This document shows positions 1-15,924 of a stretch of DNA of 64,000 nucleotides, in pieces. Origin of the DNA: the human T2T-CHM13v2.0 reference genome, Homo sapiens. How positions within the stretch are numbered: position 1 is the first letter of the stretch; each line of letters begins with the position of its first letter. A program made the position numbers and the translations under genes. The notes under the pieces were generated by a model. That model was given only the letters and a program-made list of their open reading frames with translations, was not told the DNA's origin and did not search any database. The DNA lies in assembly GCF_009914755.1 (NCBI RefSeq), contig NC_060933.1, one strand, 5' to 3'.

Positions 1-1708
1 GAAAAATAAACCTGGAATGTCACACTGGAACATGGCGCTAATTTAGACAATCTGCTTATTTTCCAAGGAACTGGTAGTTAAATACAGACTGTTTATTGTT
101 CTAAATTTTAAATTTAAATTTTCAGCTTTGTTGCTATTTTTAATGAAATATCCTTTTAAATACAAAATGTTATTCAAGAATCTCAGTTGCTTTTATTTAG
201 AATATCTGAAATTCTTAAGTAACAGCCTACAAAGATAGAAAATTTTTAATTGGTTCTATTTGTCACCCTGCCTAAAGAACTTTTATAAATTCAGTATTCA
301 AAAGGAGAAATATTAAATAAAAAGGTAAAACAATCATGTGATTAACAATAAGCTAATTAAAAAAATAAAAACATCAGGTAAGATTTAAGTTCCTTTTAAG
401 TAGTAATTCTTCAGTCTGAGTGGTTATCAAAAGCAGGTGAACAGGTTGAAATAAATACAGATGGATTTAAATTCACTAGGTCTGGAGTAGAAACCAGGTG
501 TTGAGCGGTATGGCTATATTTGGAGGAAGAATAATAGATGAAGCAACTTAGATGTCCCTGAGTTGATAGTTGTTCATTTTGAAGGTAGAAGATTATTTTA
601 ATTTTATATTAAAATTAGCTTGAAAGCAGTATAACTCTACTTTTGTATTTTGAATTTTCCAGAAAGAAGTTTTTATAAAAAGCAACAAAACTTCTCAACT
701 CTGAGGAATTCAGGCTTAGAAACTAATGAGTTAGATTATGGCATAGGATTCAATTAATTTATGTTGGATTCTGAAGAAAATTCGAGAATTTACTTTTTAG
801 TATTTGTATAGGAAAAGCATTCAGCATGCTTTGACAAGGATCTTTGCACTGGTTTGGTGGTGGCTGTGCAAATAGCACCACCAAGCTGCTGTCATGATTT
901 ATTTAGAGAGAAGTAATCTATGACTCATGTAACAATATAATAATTTCAAAAAATGTAACTTTATCCCATAATCTCTTTGTGTACTTAAATTTTAAACTGT
1001 ATAACTACTTAATGCTCTCGGGGCATATTTGGGATGGGTCACAAATTCACAATTTGTAAATAGTATTTCATGAATAAAACTCTCTTTGGAAACATTGCTG
1101 GTAACATATTAGAACTTCAGCTTTAGTGACAAAATTGATCAATTAATAAAATAACTGAATTTTTAAAAATATATATTAAGTTCTTCACTTTAAAAAGTTT
1201 TTCTTCATCTGAATGAATTGCACTTTTCCCAGTAATACAAGCCACAGTTGCAGCATTTGACAATATGCAAAAATTATACTATATTCCTATTTATCTGGTT
1301 ACGTAGAAATTGACAGTCAGAAACATGACTTTGAATTATGTTATAGCCCACAGAGAAAATTATCAAGCGCATCTTAACATTTCTAGTAGTGTTCTTTCTT
1401 TTGCCACATTAAATAACAAACATACAGTGTTTAACATGCACATTTCCTCCTTACCTCTGTTCCAGAGTGAAAACTTGCCCCTATTTTTGCTCTTCTCAAG
1501 AGGAATCAATTTAAAAATTATTGGTAGACTTAGAGAACACCCTTGGACTTTTCTGTTTCGGTAACTGTCATGATAGTGACAGTAAGGCTATGGCGAAACT
1601 TACTGCTATTCCCACATTACTCTTTTGGGTTAGCAATCTGAATTTAATTTCATTCACTCCCTTCATATTATAGAAATTACTTGAGTGCCTATTTGTACAA
1701 AGTCCAGG

Positions 1709-2185
1709 TGAATTTGTTTCTTATTGCTACCATAATACATTATATACACATTACAAATATAGTAGCTTGAAAGAACACAAATTTGTTATTGTACAGTTTT
1801 GGAGGTTGGAAATCCAATATCAACCTCACTATGCTAAAGTCAAGGTGTCAGCAAAGCTGGTTCTTTCTGGAGGTCCTGAGGGGACAGTCCATTTCCTTAC
1901 CTTTTTCAGCTTCTAGAGGCTGCCTGCATGCCTTGTCTTGTGGCTTACGGGCATCATTCCTAGCTTTTGCTTCCTTTCTCATATCTCCTACTACTAACTC
2001 TGAGCCTCTGCCTCTTTCTTATAAGGAGCCTTCTGATTACATTTTGCCCACCTGAGTACTTTCCCATTGTAAGATCCTTAATTAATTACATCTGCAGAGC
2101 CCCTTTTGCCTTTGTAAGGTAGCATATTCACAGGTTCTTAAATTAAGGCATAGACATCTTTTGCAGGACATGATGCAAGCTAGCC
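1709..2185 (-). mobile_element. MaLR solo LTR (MLT1B/C/D-like)
   Basis: Typical MLT1 text: acagttttggaggttggaaatcc...aaggtgtcagcaaagctggttctttctggagg...agcttctagaggctgcctgc. Confidence 0.8.
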
Positions 2186-2355
2186 AAAAGAGAAGGAGGG
2201 AACACATTAAAAACTGATATTGGAAAGTAAATTAGAAAATTCCAATAAGTCTAGAATTTAGTTACTCCTACCAGAAGGGAATAGTCATTTCTCTCTCTCT
2301 CTCTCCAACAGGGTTAACTTTTTGAACAGTAACTAAGTTAAAAATTAGCAGATGT

Positions 2356-2658
2356 GGCTGGGCGCAGTGGCTCATGCCTGTAATCCCAGCACTTTGAAAG
2401 GCCAAAGCGGGAGGATTGCTTGAGCTCAGGAATTTGAGACTAGCCTAAGCAACATAGTGGTGAGACCTTGTCTTTCAAAAAAAAAAAAAAAAAAAAATTA
2501 CCCAGGTGTGGTCGCTTGCGTCTGTCGTCCCAGCTACTTGGAAGGCTGAAGCCGGAGGGTTACTTAACCCAGGAGACAAGAGTTTTCAGTGAGCTGAAAT
2601 CATGCCATTGCCTTGCACCCTGGGTGACAGAGTGAGACCTTGTCTCAAAAAAAAAAAA
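2356..2658 (+). mobile_element. Alu, old (AluJ-like)
   Basis: ggctgggcgcagtggctcatgcctgtaatcccagc start, gaggattgcttgagctcagg (J-type), central and terminal A-tracts. Confidence 0.93.
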
Positions 2659-3779
2659 TTAAAAGTAGATGTTTTCATGACAAGTAGAGATTGACTTGGT
2701 CTAACTTATTCAGAAAATTGCCTTAATTCCTCACTCACTTTAGCATTCTAAAACTAACTTTCTTCGCTAGGAAAGGAAGAAGCTGCATTCTCTTTATATC
2801 TGTAAAGACCAAGTACATGGGGCACTCACAGATAGACGAGTCTAAAGTAAGGCGTCTTCTGTGGGAATTTTAGAGCTTAGGAGCAAGTACTTTGAGCTAA
2901 GAAAGGATATATTGGTGTGAAAACATGTTACTTGGCACAGAGTAAGGAGTCTTTTTTTTTCATTTATATTTTTATTTGTATTTTATTTGTATTTTTAATC
3001 ATCTTATTTTTAGAAATTTTCTAATTAGCCAGTAAGTGCAAATGTGCTCTAATAGACACTTATGTGAACTAATGAAAAATTGAGAGGTGATCACAAGCTT
3101 TCTATACCAGTGACATTGATTTGATATTTTTAAAAGAGGGAGAAAACATATTCTGATGGTTCTGTAAATAGATTTGTTCCCATCATAGGAATTTAGAAAT
3201 TGTGACTCCTGAGACAATTTGCTTCCAATTATATTATGGAAACAGCTTTTATTTCAGGCAGCTAGAATTAGGCTTGCTCAACATCTTTAACTTGCAGAAT
3301 AAATGGAGAAGCCATCCTCAATTTCTGTTCTATGTATCAGAGATTTGTTTTGTTGTATGTGATCTATGACACATATGTAACGATTACATAGCCTCGGTGT
3401 TTGATTTTAAACTGCTTAACTCTCCAGATGTTTAAATTATAAAACCACCAGGTAAATACATTTATTTTTCTATACAAGTATGCACAGCTGGCTAATACCA
3501 AATGATGCCAAAATGTCTGCACCAAGTCTTTCTCCTTTGCTAATAAGGAAACTGCCCATGGGTTCATGTGGACAGAGAATAAAATTCATTTAACAGTAAA
3601 ATATCGTATTTTGTCCCCCTTTCCACAGCAGTTCTTTGACTTCAGATCAACAACTCTGGCCAATAAGGTCACCTGGCATAAGGATATTTTATATTTTTCT
3701 CTATTTGAAAATAACATTTAAATAAACCTCCACTTAATCTTTGAATCTAGACCTAATTACCCCACTAATTTCCGGATAA

Positions 3780-4016
3780 ATTTCCTAGGCTGAGTGTTTC
3801 TCTCTGAAGCTTCCGACATCTTTTGAAAACCTCCTTAAAACACTTCCATACACAGTTATGGCAAGCATATTTTATTCCTTCTTCTACCCTACCTAGACTG
3901 TGAGCTCTTTGAGGATGGGGACTGGGTCTTACACCTTTAACTTCTTACCTATTGGTTGACATAGGAAATATTTGTTGACACAGTAGATATTCGTTGAATT
4001 AATAAATTAATAAATG
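3780..4016 (+). mobile_element. L2 LINE 3' end relic
   Basis: ctagactgtgagctctttgaggatggggac ... ttgaattaataaattaataaatg tail. Confidence 0.65.
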
Positions 4017-4644
4017 TAGCATGCAGTGAGTGAGAACTTGCTGAGTTCTTTCATTCAGTGGGAAAAGGGGAGAAAATGTCATAAGCCTTATTTCTGAGAT
4101 ATTTATAGTATATTAAGGGGTAGAGAGAAGGAAAACTGGCGAAGAATCTGAAAATACTACATACAATTAAAAAGCAAGGACAATAAATGCTCAAAATTCG
4201 AGATTTTCTAAACACAGGAGAAGGTCGTACTGAGGATTTCTTTCTAACCCACTCTCCCGTTAGCACTGTCTTTCTGTAAATGTGCGCTCCCATTTACAGA
4301 GGGCACATTATTATGTTGACAGCTGTGCCCAGTAGACACAGTAAGACTGTGGTTTGACATGATGGACTTCAGTCTTACCATATCCATGGACTCCTTTATT
4401 TTTCTTTATCTAGATCCCCAGATAAGCTTTAAGACAAATCCTCTAGCTCCTCTCTTTGAACCAACCCTTCGTATAGTTTCAGACATACATACTTAACTGT
4501 GGTTCTTTGCTTTCACTATTATCCTGAATAACATGTGAGAGCTTTTCAAAATTTAGTTGCTTTTAACCTCTCTTCAAATTTCAGTAGTGGACAATGCGTT
4601 AAGCGATTTTGCTGTGTTTCCAGGATTGAGAACTGTTGAGCCAC

Positions 4645-4805
4645 TCTGAGTGAGGACCTAGGACTAGCAGCACTACATCACCTGGAACTTATTAGGCATT
4701 CAGCGTCTCAGACTTTTCCAAAGACTTCGTGAAACAGAGTACGTATTTTAACAAAATTCTCTATGTAACTCCCACATGCATTAAAGTTTGTGATGCAATG
4801 CTCTA
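4645..4805. mobile_element. MER5A-like hAT-Charlie MITE
   Basis: gactagcagcactacatcacctggaacttattag...ttttaacaaaattctc...cattaaagtttg matches the MER5 pattern. Confidence 0.6.
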
Positions 4806-4889
4806 CATTATATCAACCTACTAAAATACACACCACCACCAACAAGGAGATCTCTGTTAAGATAATAAGAAAGGCTCCTGGAGGAGGCA

Positions 4890-5100
4890 ATAGAGCCTGT
4901 AGATACACAGGTTCTGGAGTCAATCTACCTGGATTCTAACACTTATTAGTTCTGTTACCTTGATTGCATTACTTGTTAGGCCTAAACTTCAGTTTACTGC
5001 ATTAAAGTGGGAATACTGATAAATGACCAAATCCGTAAGATTTCTGTGAGGTGTACAGCATTATTTGGCATACAGTATCCCTCAGTAAAGTTAGTGCTAC
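4890..5100 (+). mobile_element. MIR SINE relic
   Basis: ttctggagtcaatctacctggattc...tgttaccttg...cttcagttt...aaagtgggaata core. Confidence 0.65.
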
Positions 5101-5542
5101 TAATGTTAAGTGAACTAGACCTGAAAAGCAGTAGAAGGCATTCCCTTCAGGTCATTATCAGCTTTGGATAGCTGGAGTAAACTAGAACACCAGTCTTCAA
5201 ATGAGGCCCACACATTCCGAAAGGTCAATGAAGACATTCCAGATGAAACATAGGAACCATTCATTTTAAGTGGAACATTTTCAGATCCCCCACATCCATA
5301 TACATCCATTTGTAATTTATCTGAAATTAAAATTTGATATGCCTGCAGTAGTGTGTGAGCTTTGTCTTTCTTTTCCAACTTGTCTTTCACAAAGGTCCCC
5401 CTCCCAGTTTACAAAATAGAAACTTAACTCCCAGCCATTTTAAATTTTAGTCTAGTATATTCTCTGAATGAAAAAACAAAAAACAAAAACAAAAAATATA
5501 CTTTGTCACCACAAATACACTTTTTATGCATCATCCAGGTGA

Positions 5543-5851
<309 letters not shown>

Positions 5852-5854
5852 ACC

Positions 5855-5886
<32 letters not shown>

Positions 5887-7109
5887 ACTTTTTTTATGTC
5901 TAAATAGTTAGTCACCACTAGCTGACTATTAATGGCAAGTCTGTGTTCTTATTCTCTAGCTAGCTATCTGTCTTCTTAGACAGTTCACTCCTGAGATGTC
6001 TGTAGGAGTGATAAATAATAACAAGTTAAATTTTTTAAAAAATGAAATAACTCTTTACTCACAACAAATTTGATTTGGCGATTGGTTGGGCAATAAGGAT
6101 TAACTTTGCTGTTGAATTAGGATATTTTTCCATAAATTGAATAGCTAATACTGAAGATACAAAGTTTTTGCAGATATATTTTAACCACATGAAAATATAT
6201 AGCACTGGCAAAATAGAATATTTATGACTACTAAACAAACAATATATAAAATTCAGATGTCAACCTAAAAATTTAAGAGCATTGTGTTAAGTTTTACAAA
6301 ATCTCTGAAGCTTGCAGATTGCACTTTGGTGATGTCAGCTCAGGACCTTGATAGGTGGACTCCCAGCTCTGCTACTATTTGTGACGTACTATAACACACT
6401 GGGAGGTCTAAAGTAGAACTTACCAATTTGAAGCTCAAAAGTGCATCCTTGGCTTAATAAAAAGAGAAAGTAAAACAGTTTTTGGCACATATCTTTAACC
6501 TCAAGGCCCTATTGGCACCCTAATACATTTATAAATATAATGTGAGATTTCAAACATATTTCTGAAGGAGAAGAGCCTAGATGCATGCATGAAGCATAGA
6601 GTTTTGTACTCTCAGATCTATGTTTAAGTTTTTAATGTTGAAAAAATAAATTCATAAACATATTATCATAAGTAGCATGTAATTAGACATTAACACTATG
6701 AAACAAGGAGGTTAGTGATTTTTAAGGGGTTTCCAAGCCTTTGTTCAAAAATACTAAGATATAACAACTTGGCTTAAAAATGATAAGTGAACGCAATAAA
6801 AATTGCCATGAGTACGACTGACGAGGACATATCAATTCGCGTTTGATGATTCTTATTATGTTTAATAATTATCCAGCAGGAATAGAATTCATTGTTATTT
6901 TGCTTTGAGTTATTTAAAGAGAAAAGTAAGAAAGAAGGGAATTTAGGGTTTATTTGATTGTGGTTATAATTCAACCAAAGCCGGTTTGAAGAGGCAATGG
7001 AAAAATAAGACATTTAAAGGTCTATTTAAATTTGAAATGAATTAATATTTCTTCTGACATAATATGGCATTTGAAAAAATATATTTAACATACCTTTCCA
7101 GAAAAAAAA

Positions 7110-8460
7110 AAGTTATGTGCTTTTGCTTTCATCTAGCACATGGAAAGTGGGAAAACCTGTTGCTTCCAATCAAACAATGAAAAAAAGTCAAAGAGAACTA
7201 TCAAAGTATAACTTTTCTCAAGTCCATCAGATAGCTGATATTGTAGAGCAACCACTTAGCCAAAATTAAAACACACACACACACACGCACACACACACGT
7301 GGGAGAAAGTGATTGGTAACATATAAATGTGTAAGAGTGATTCAGTCAAAATCAGAAAACTAACAAAAAAGAGTGAAAAGAGATAAGATAATCAATAGAA
7401 CTGGACTCATAGATCACCTGAGTGTTAGATTTACTGGGTAACTGCTTTAAAATAACTATGTGAAACCTGTTGACAATCTAGTAAAAAAGGTGGAGAACAT
7501 AGATTAAAAGATGGGGAACTTTAGCAGAGAGATAAAATCTATAAGAAAAATTAAAATGGAAACGCTAAAAGTGAAAACATAATGCAAGAATTGAAGAATT
7601 CCGTCAATGGATACATAAGTACTCGGACTTCATCTAGCTAAGGAAAAAAATAAAATATATGCTTGTAAAAATGACTGAAACTGAAACACGGAAATAAATG
7701 AAGGTAAAATTTAAAAAATAAATAAAAAAGCAGAGCATTAAGAGGCATGGGACACCATCAAATGACTATTATGAATGTCCTTCAGTCCCACAGAAAGAAC
7801 TGATGAAGAACAGAACAAATGCACGCATGCATGTATAGATGTATATAATATATGCACAGATAGATATAATGACTGAGAATTTTAGAAAATTAAGGAAAGA
7901 AAGCACACTATAGATCCAAGAAGCAATAAGCAGAATAAATAACAAAATAAACACAAAATAAACACAGATCGAAGAGTACAGGTACACACTGAGATACATC
8001 TCAGTCACACTGATGAAAACCAAAAGAGAAAATCCTTCAGGTAGCCAGAGAAAAAAGAAAAGTCGACACATTATACAGGAATGAAAACAACAACAACAAA
8101 AGAATTACAGCAAAATTCTTATCAGAAATCATACAAGCCAGAATATTCAGTCACATCTTTCAAGTACTAAAAGAAAGCAAAAACTATACACCAGTAATTC
8201 TATTCTCAGAGAAAATATTATTTTTTTAAATAAGGATAAAATAGTTTTCAGACAAAACTAAAGCTGATTTATTGCTAGCACACTTGTACTATGAGAAATG
8301 TCAGAGGATGTCCTTCAGGCAGAAGGAATATGATATGGGACATAAACTTAGATTTATACAAAGAAAGAGTGTCAAAAATGGTAAAAATGAGTATAAATAT
8401 AAAAGCCTTTTAAAATTATTTTTCATCATTCTAAAAATTATGAATGATTATGGCAATATT
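7110..8460 (+). mobile_element. Old L1M 5' region/ORF1 relic, with a (CA)n at ~7271-7298
   Basis: A-rich degenerate ORF1-type text (agatccaagaagc, tcagaaatcatacaagccaga, tccttcaggcagaagg); multiple stops. Confidence 0.65.
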
Positions 8461-8559
8461 TTAAAATAAAATTTCAGGTATTTTGCTTTTCCAGATGAAT
8501 AATTTTCTTAAACCCAATAATAATTTCAGTAAGGTTTTTAAAATTTAACAGTTAAGTGT

Positions 8560-10825
<2,266 letters not shown>

Positions 10826-10949
10826 TACGATTCTACATTCTTAATATGAGTGCAAGCGCATTAAATTGGGTTCCAATGGGGAAAAAGAAATAGAAGTAAT
10901 GATCAGGAATGTGGAGATAAAATTTTAAAGGCGCTTTTTGACTCGTATC

Positions 10950-11165
10950 ATACTCTATTTTCTTCATTTCCATAACAACTATCATCTAAAATCATATTTA
11001 TTTTACTTGCTTATTATTTAATATCTGTCTCTTTCTTTTAGAATGTAAGACACATAAAGACAGGGCTTTTCTGTTGTTGTTCAAGGTGTCTCAAACACAA
11101 ATATATTTTACATTACCACAGGGCATGACACATTATTAGGTGATAAAAATTACTTGATTAATTAT
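10950..11165 (+). mobile_element. L2 3' end relic
   Basis: tagaatgtaagacacataaagacagggc...cagggcatgacaca. Confidence 0.55.
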
Positions 11166-11623
11166 CAGTAAATGAGCAATGATAATTTACCATAATTTGC
11201 TTTACCAGATTGCTTCCCCTAGGTTGGCTCAGTGGAAACAGTATGCCTCTCCTTGGTGGACAGCTTCTTGAGCCGAACATATGGTGAAGCACGGCTTCTA
11301 TGCTTCCTGTAATTCCGAAAGGGTTGCCAAAATACAGATCTGTGCCAAGAAACCTCTGGCTTCCTAACCTTGACAAGCCTTTTTGAGGCACTTAGCCAGT
11401 CGTCTTTATATTCATCTTTGTCACTGAACAGATCCACAAGGACCAAACAACACCCATATTTTCCATATGGATGTAATATTGCAACACATTGTCTTTAAGC
11501 TAAAATAGCATTTTTAGGGCACAATTATTTATGTGCTAGTTATGGATGCTATACAAATTATTTGTCAGTAAGTCATCAAAAATCTCTTATATATTCAAAT
11601 GTGGGTACATAGATACATATATT

Positions 11624-11640
11624 GTTGTGGTGGTGGTGGT

Positions 11641-11672
<32 letters not shown>
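11624..11672. repeat. (GGT)n-(GT)n microsatellite
   Basis: Direct reading. Confidence 0.95.
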
Positions 11673-11674
<2 letters not shown>

Positions 11675-12719
11675 GGCATAAACTAATTGCAATTCTCTTA
11701 TTTATGATCACAGAAAAGTGACTTTTCTTCCCTCCTGAGGTAAGTTTCTTTCTTCCCTCAGGATAAGAATCAACACTTCCAGTTGCATTGTGTATTATTA
11801 GAGGTTATGCAAGAATCCAGAAGTCAGATCAAGGCTTTCCTATGATTAGTTTTTGTTTTGTATTTGATGCTATCTGTTAAGGTCTCAGAGCAAAAGGTCC
11901 TAAAAATTAAAAAAATAAAATAAAATAAAAGCTTAATGAAGCAAGGAGGACAATATTTCACTTCTTGATTATAGCTTTCTATTTATAATGCTTTTCTGTT
12001 TTACATTCAGCTTCCTCACAAATCAAGCCTGATAATGATTCATGTGCTAAACACTGTTCTGACGAAGATGATTTCTGTATAGTTCTAAAGTTTTCTGTAT
12101 GGAAAAACAAGGTGATGTGGCGGACATCTGGAATACATGCCTGCCTAAAATCAATGGAATATTCTATATTTTAATAGATTCCCTTTAGTGTAAATCAAAT
12201 ACTTAAATATGTTATACCAAAAAAAAAAAAACTTTATTACTGGGACTCATTTGTCGCTAGGGTACAGATAGGTGATTTGGATGCAAATCAAATGTACCGA
12301 TGCTAGACTTTGATTCAGAATGGATTACACTGGGAAAGAGGACCTTGATTTTGCTAGTGCTGGTAGCAGCAGAGGTAGCCCCATTCTGGGCAGAGTTCAT
12401 GGTGGCAGTAGCAGCCTCCTTGCTAAGGGGACTTAGAATAGTTCCACAGCATTTCTGCCAGAGTTCTTGGAATCTTAGTGCAGAGTCAACACTGCTGCCT
12501 TTCCAAAGAATCTCTAAACTATGGAATAAATACACTATAGTAAAATGTCATTCCAAAAGATGGGAAAAACAGAACAAACACTCTGTATGTAAAAGTATGC
12601 AAAGTCAAACACCAAAAGCTGGCAAGTATTTTGTAAAGTCCTTTATTACAACCAACAATAAAATACAGGCAAAGCACTTAGTACCAGCTACACCGTAAGC
12701 CCTATGTATAGAGCCATTA

Positions 12720-12909
12720 GGCAGCTATTTCTTTAAATATGTTTCACATGGGAACCAAAACGTACACTCACATACAAATACAAATTGAATATCATGAAAT
12801 GACACTTATACTCTCTCTACTTCAATTCTGTTTAAGTTAAAAAATAAATAACTGCAACATACTTACGTGATTTCACAACTAATGTGATCAACAATTTGAA
12901 AAATACTGT
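12720..12909. mobile_element. hAT-Charlie-like MITE relic
   Basis: Ends in tttgaaaaatactg (Charlie-type terminus); family uncertain. Confidence 0.4.
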
Positions 12910-13349
12910 CATAGAATGTCCACGCATAATTTCAATTTCTTAATTGATGCCTAATTGAGCATTACTGAAAACTAGGATATTGGAGTAACAACTCTAATCT
13001 TTGGAGGGTAATGACACAGGTAGCAGTTCACTCATTTATTCATTAATTTATAGTATCATTCTCTTCCCAGCAATTACTCTCTAGTGCCCTCTTAGAGACA
13101 TAACTAAGGCTTGATTTAGTATGCCTATTCCTTTGTCAACCTGTAATTGAAGATCAGATATCGAAGTAAAACAAAAAAATTGAGAAGCAGTAGCAGTGAT
13201 TGGAAAAATGACTTTTTAATTGTTTTATTCATACTGTTTTTTCTCATTTTAAAAAATCATGATTATTACAAAAAATTTTAAATATAAGTGAATAAAAATA
13301 ATAAAATAGCATTCATTAATAATTAAACTGCAAACTAAAGATTATTACA

Positions 13350-14188
13350 TGGAGTAGTCTGAGTCTGATCATGAGAAAGAAACCACACAGTGATTTTGTT
13401 AGGGGACATTTAATACAAAAATTATTAAATCATGAAAAAAGATTATAGAATATAAGAAAACTTTTCTATCTCTGGTACTCTAGGACTGGGAAAAAGTAGC
13501 CACAGAAGGACAAATTTGGAAAGAGACTCCCTTCTCAAGGCTGGGGTTCAGACCTTATTGGAGAAGATGTAGTTGTAACCCACAGGATGACAGAGAAATT
13601 TATCGGTGTGCCAGACTGGACATGGTCTGTAGTCATGAGGCAAGTAGTAAGCAACATTCAGAGTGCAGATTGGACGCAGGTGAGCCACAACTGGTAGGTG
13701 GGTGTATGGGTACACAGAGTGACTTTGGGCCCCGTGGCTACCTTCTGGAATACAAGTGATGTCAGGCAAGCTATAGCTAGTGGAGGGGCACATGGGCATT
13801 TACACTTAATGGGAGTAGGGGAACAGGCACAGCAGGTGAATTGATACAATATCCCTGCTGGGAGGACCACAGTGTCCTGAAGACCTTGGGACACAAACCT
13901 GGGGCAGCAGAGAGAATTAGGGTGCTGCTGCTGCTGTCTCTCGGAGGCCTGGAATACCCAGTGTCCATGTCAGGAGGACAGTGCATTCTGGGAGCATGGC
14001 TGGGCAAGCATCATCAGTGTCCTCACTCTCACACTCCTGACCAACCATGCACACCCAAAAACCAAAGGAGAGTGCCTTCTTCCTGCAATGTGCCCTACAG
14101 CTGGATACTGAGGAAGACTAACATCATGCTCACTATAAAGGAGAGATGCTTAAAGGAATTTCATTATCACACAGCATATATTAAGGGT
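13350..14188 (-). mobile_element. ERVL-type solo LTR (LTR41/LTR33-like), truncated at the right end
   Basis: gtagtctgagtctgatcatgagaaagaaaccacacagtgatt...atttaatacaaaaattattaa start; ends cattatcacacagcatatattaagggt. Confidence 0.6.
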
Positions 14189-14483
14189 TTAAATATGTTT
14201 CACATGGCAACCAAGACATATACCCACATGCAAATACAAACTGAAAAGTTAAATATCATGAAATAACACTTATGCTTTCTCTACTTCAATTCTGTGGGTT
14301 ACAACCAGTGGGTTACAACTACGTCTTCTCCAATAAGGTCTGAACCCCAGCCTTGAGAAGGGAGTCTCTTTCCAAATTTGTCCTCTTGTGCGTACTTTTC
14401 CCCAGTCCTAGAGTACCAGAGATAGAAAAGTTTTCTTATATTCTATAATCACTCTTTTTTCATGATTTTATAATTTTTGTATT
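14188..14483. repeat. Templated patch: direct copy of 12732-12831 joined to an inverted copy of 13412-13585
   Basis: Manual alignment, roughly 85-92% identity. Confidence 0.92.
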
Positions 14484-15269
14484 TGCAATCCTTAATAATT
14501 AACAATACACAATACAGTTAAGTTTTTTTTAGACCTCTCCATTCTTTGAACTGTAGCCATTACTACTCTGCCAGATATGCTGTTTTAAATTATTTTATTT
14601 ACAACATGCTGGGGCCATGCCATATAATCTTTGGGAAAGATTCTTTTACAGAAAGTAGTCAAATATTGAAACAAATGATGTGCTAGTGATACAGATGATG
14701 GTCAAAATGATATCTACATTTAAAGACTTATTCATAATCCAAACAACTGATTTATAATAAAAGGAACTTTAAATACTTATTGTATTGGAGATTCTATAGA
14801 TACACCACCTTTCATTATTTTATGAAACAATTATATTTTTAAAATATTATGTCCACATGGCATAAATATAAGTGATATTAGAAAAATTGATAAGATATTA
14901 TCATTTATAATAACAGTTTTTTGATTATGAAAAACATTTATAAATAATATTTTATATTATTAATGAGTTATCATATTTGAAAGAACACTATTGTACAATT
15001 CAAACTTTATTCTCCCTCTCCTAAACACTGGGTCAGAACAAGGAAATAATTGTTTCTAACCATGAAAACTAATGTATAGGTAGAGTTGAAAACTCTGAAA
15101 ATAACTAAAGAAAATTCATTTTACTCATTGGAAGACTACTTAATTTGGTTTGGGGAATAAGGAGGACAGCTACAGGCACCCAGGAATTTTGTAATTCAAA
15201 AATCTCTCTTCTACACTTTTCACTAATTAAAACTGTATTCATTAAGCAAAATTTACAAAGAATGATTAT

Positions 15270-15810
15270 TAACTGTTAGCTGGTTGGGGAGAACAAGCCT
15301 TCTTTTACACTGCTGAGATATAAAAATTGGTACAAAGTTCTGTAGAACGCTCCAGAATGCCGAAAGTTTTAAAATGTTGTATTTCTTCTGATCCAAAAAT
15401 TCCACATCTAGGAAATAACTGGACAATAGTAAAAGGTGTAAACATCACTTTTGCATTGTAGTATTAGTATAATAGTGATGAAGTGAGATAGACTAAGTGT
15501 CTATCAACAGGAAATTAAATAAATTATAGGTTATTGATATAATGGAATACTATGTATTTATTGAAGTAATATTGTAGAATATTTTTAGGTGATATGACAT
15601 GTGATTAAGAACTATAATTATAAAGTAATATCACTGCTGTAAGTAAAATGTATGCATGTGTAAACCCAAAAGCCTCAAAGCATAATCTCTAAATGATTAA
15701 CAATAGTTATCTCCCACAGGTGGGGCAATGAGAGGCTTGTATTGTTTTCTTAATATGTGCATATATTACCTAAATTTTTAGGTTGAATATAAGTTACTTT
15801 TATAATAAAC
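15270..15810 (+). mobile_element. Old L1ME 3' end relic
   Basis: tctgatccaaaaattccacatctagg, aatggaatactatg, aacaatagttatctc. Confidence 0.6.
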
Positions 15811-15924
15811 AAAAGACAAATTTATGTTAAGGAAGAAGGCATTCAACTGGGTTAACACATTTACTTTTTAAAATTTATCACTTAGAAAATAATTAATTCA
15901 CTTTTGTGATTGAAATACTCTCTA

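Noticed and set aside
5115-5390. 91-aa minus-strand ORF with an acceptor-like site
   Set aside because: Poor donor (cag|gtctag) and no recognisable protein
11219-11446. Minus-strand 75-aa basic ORF
   Set aside because: No recognised domain and no convincing minus-strand splice sites; the region is kept only as a low-confidence exon candidate
12300-12698. 132-aa ORF with a hydrophobic N-terminal half
   Set aside because: No recognisable homology, splice context or promoter; may lie in an old repeat; length is compatible with chance
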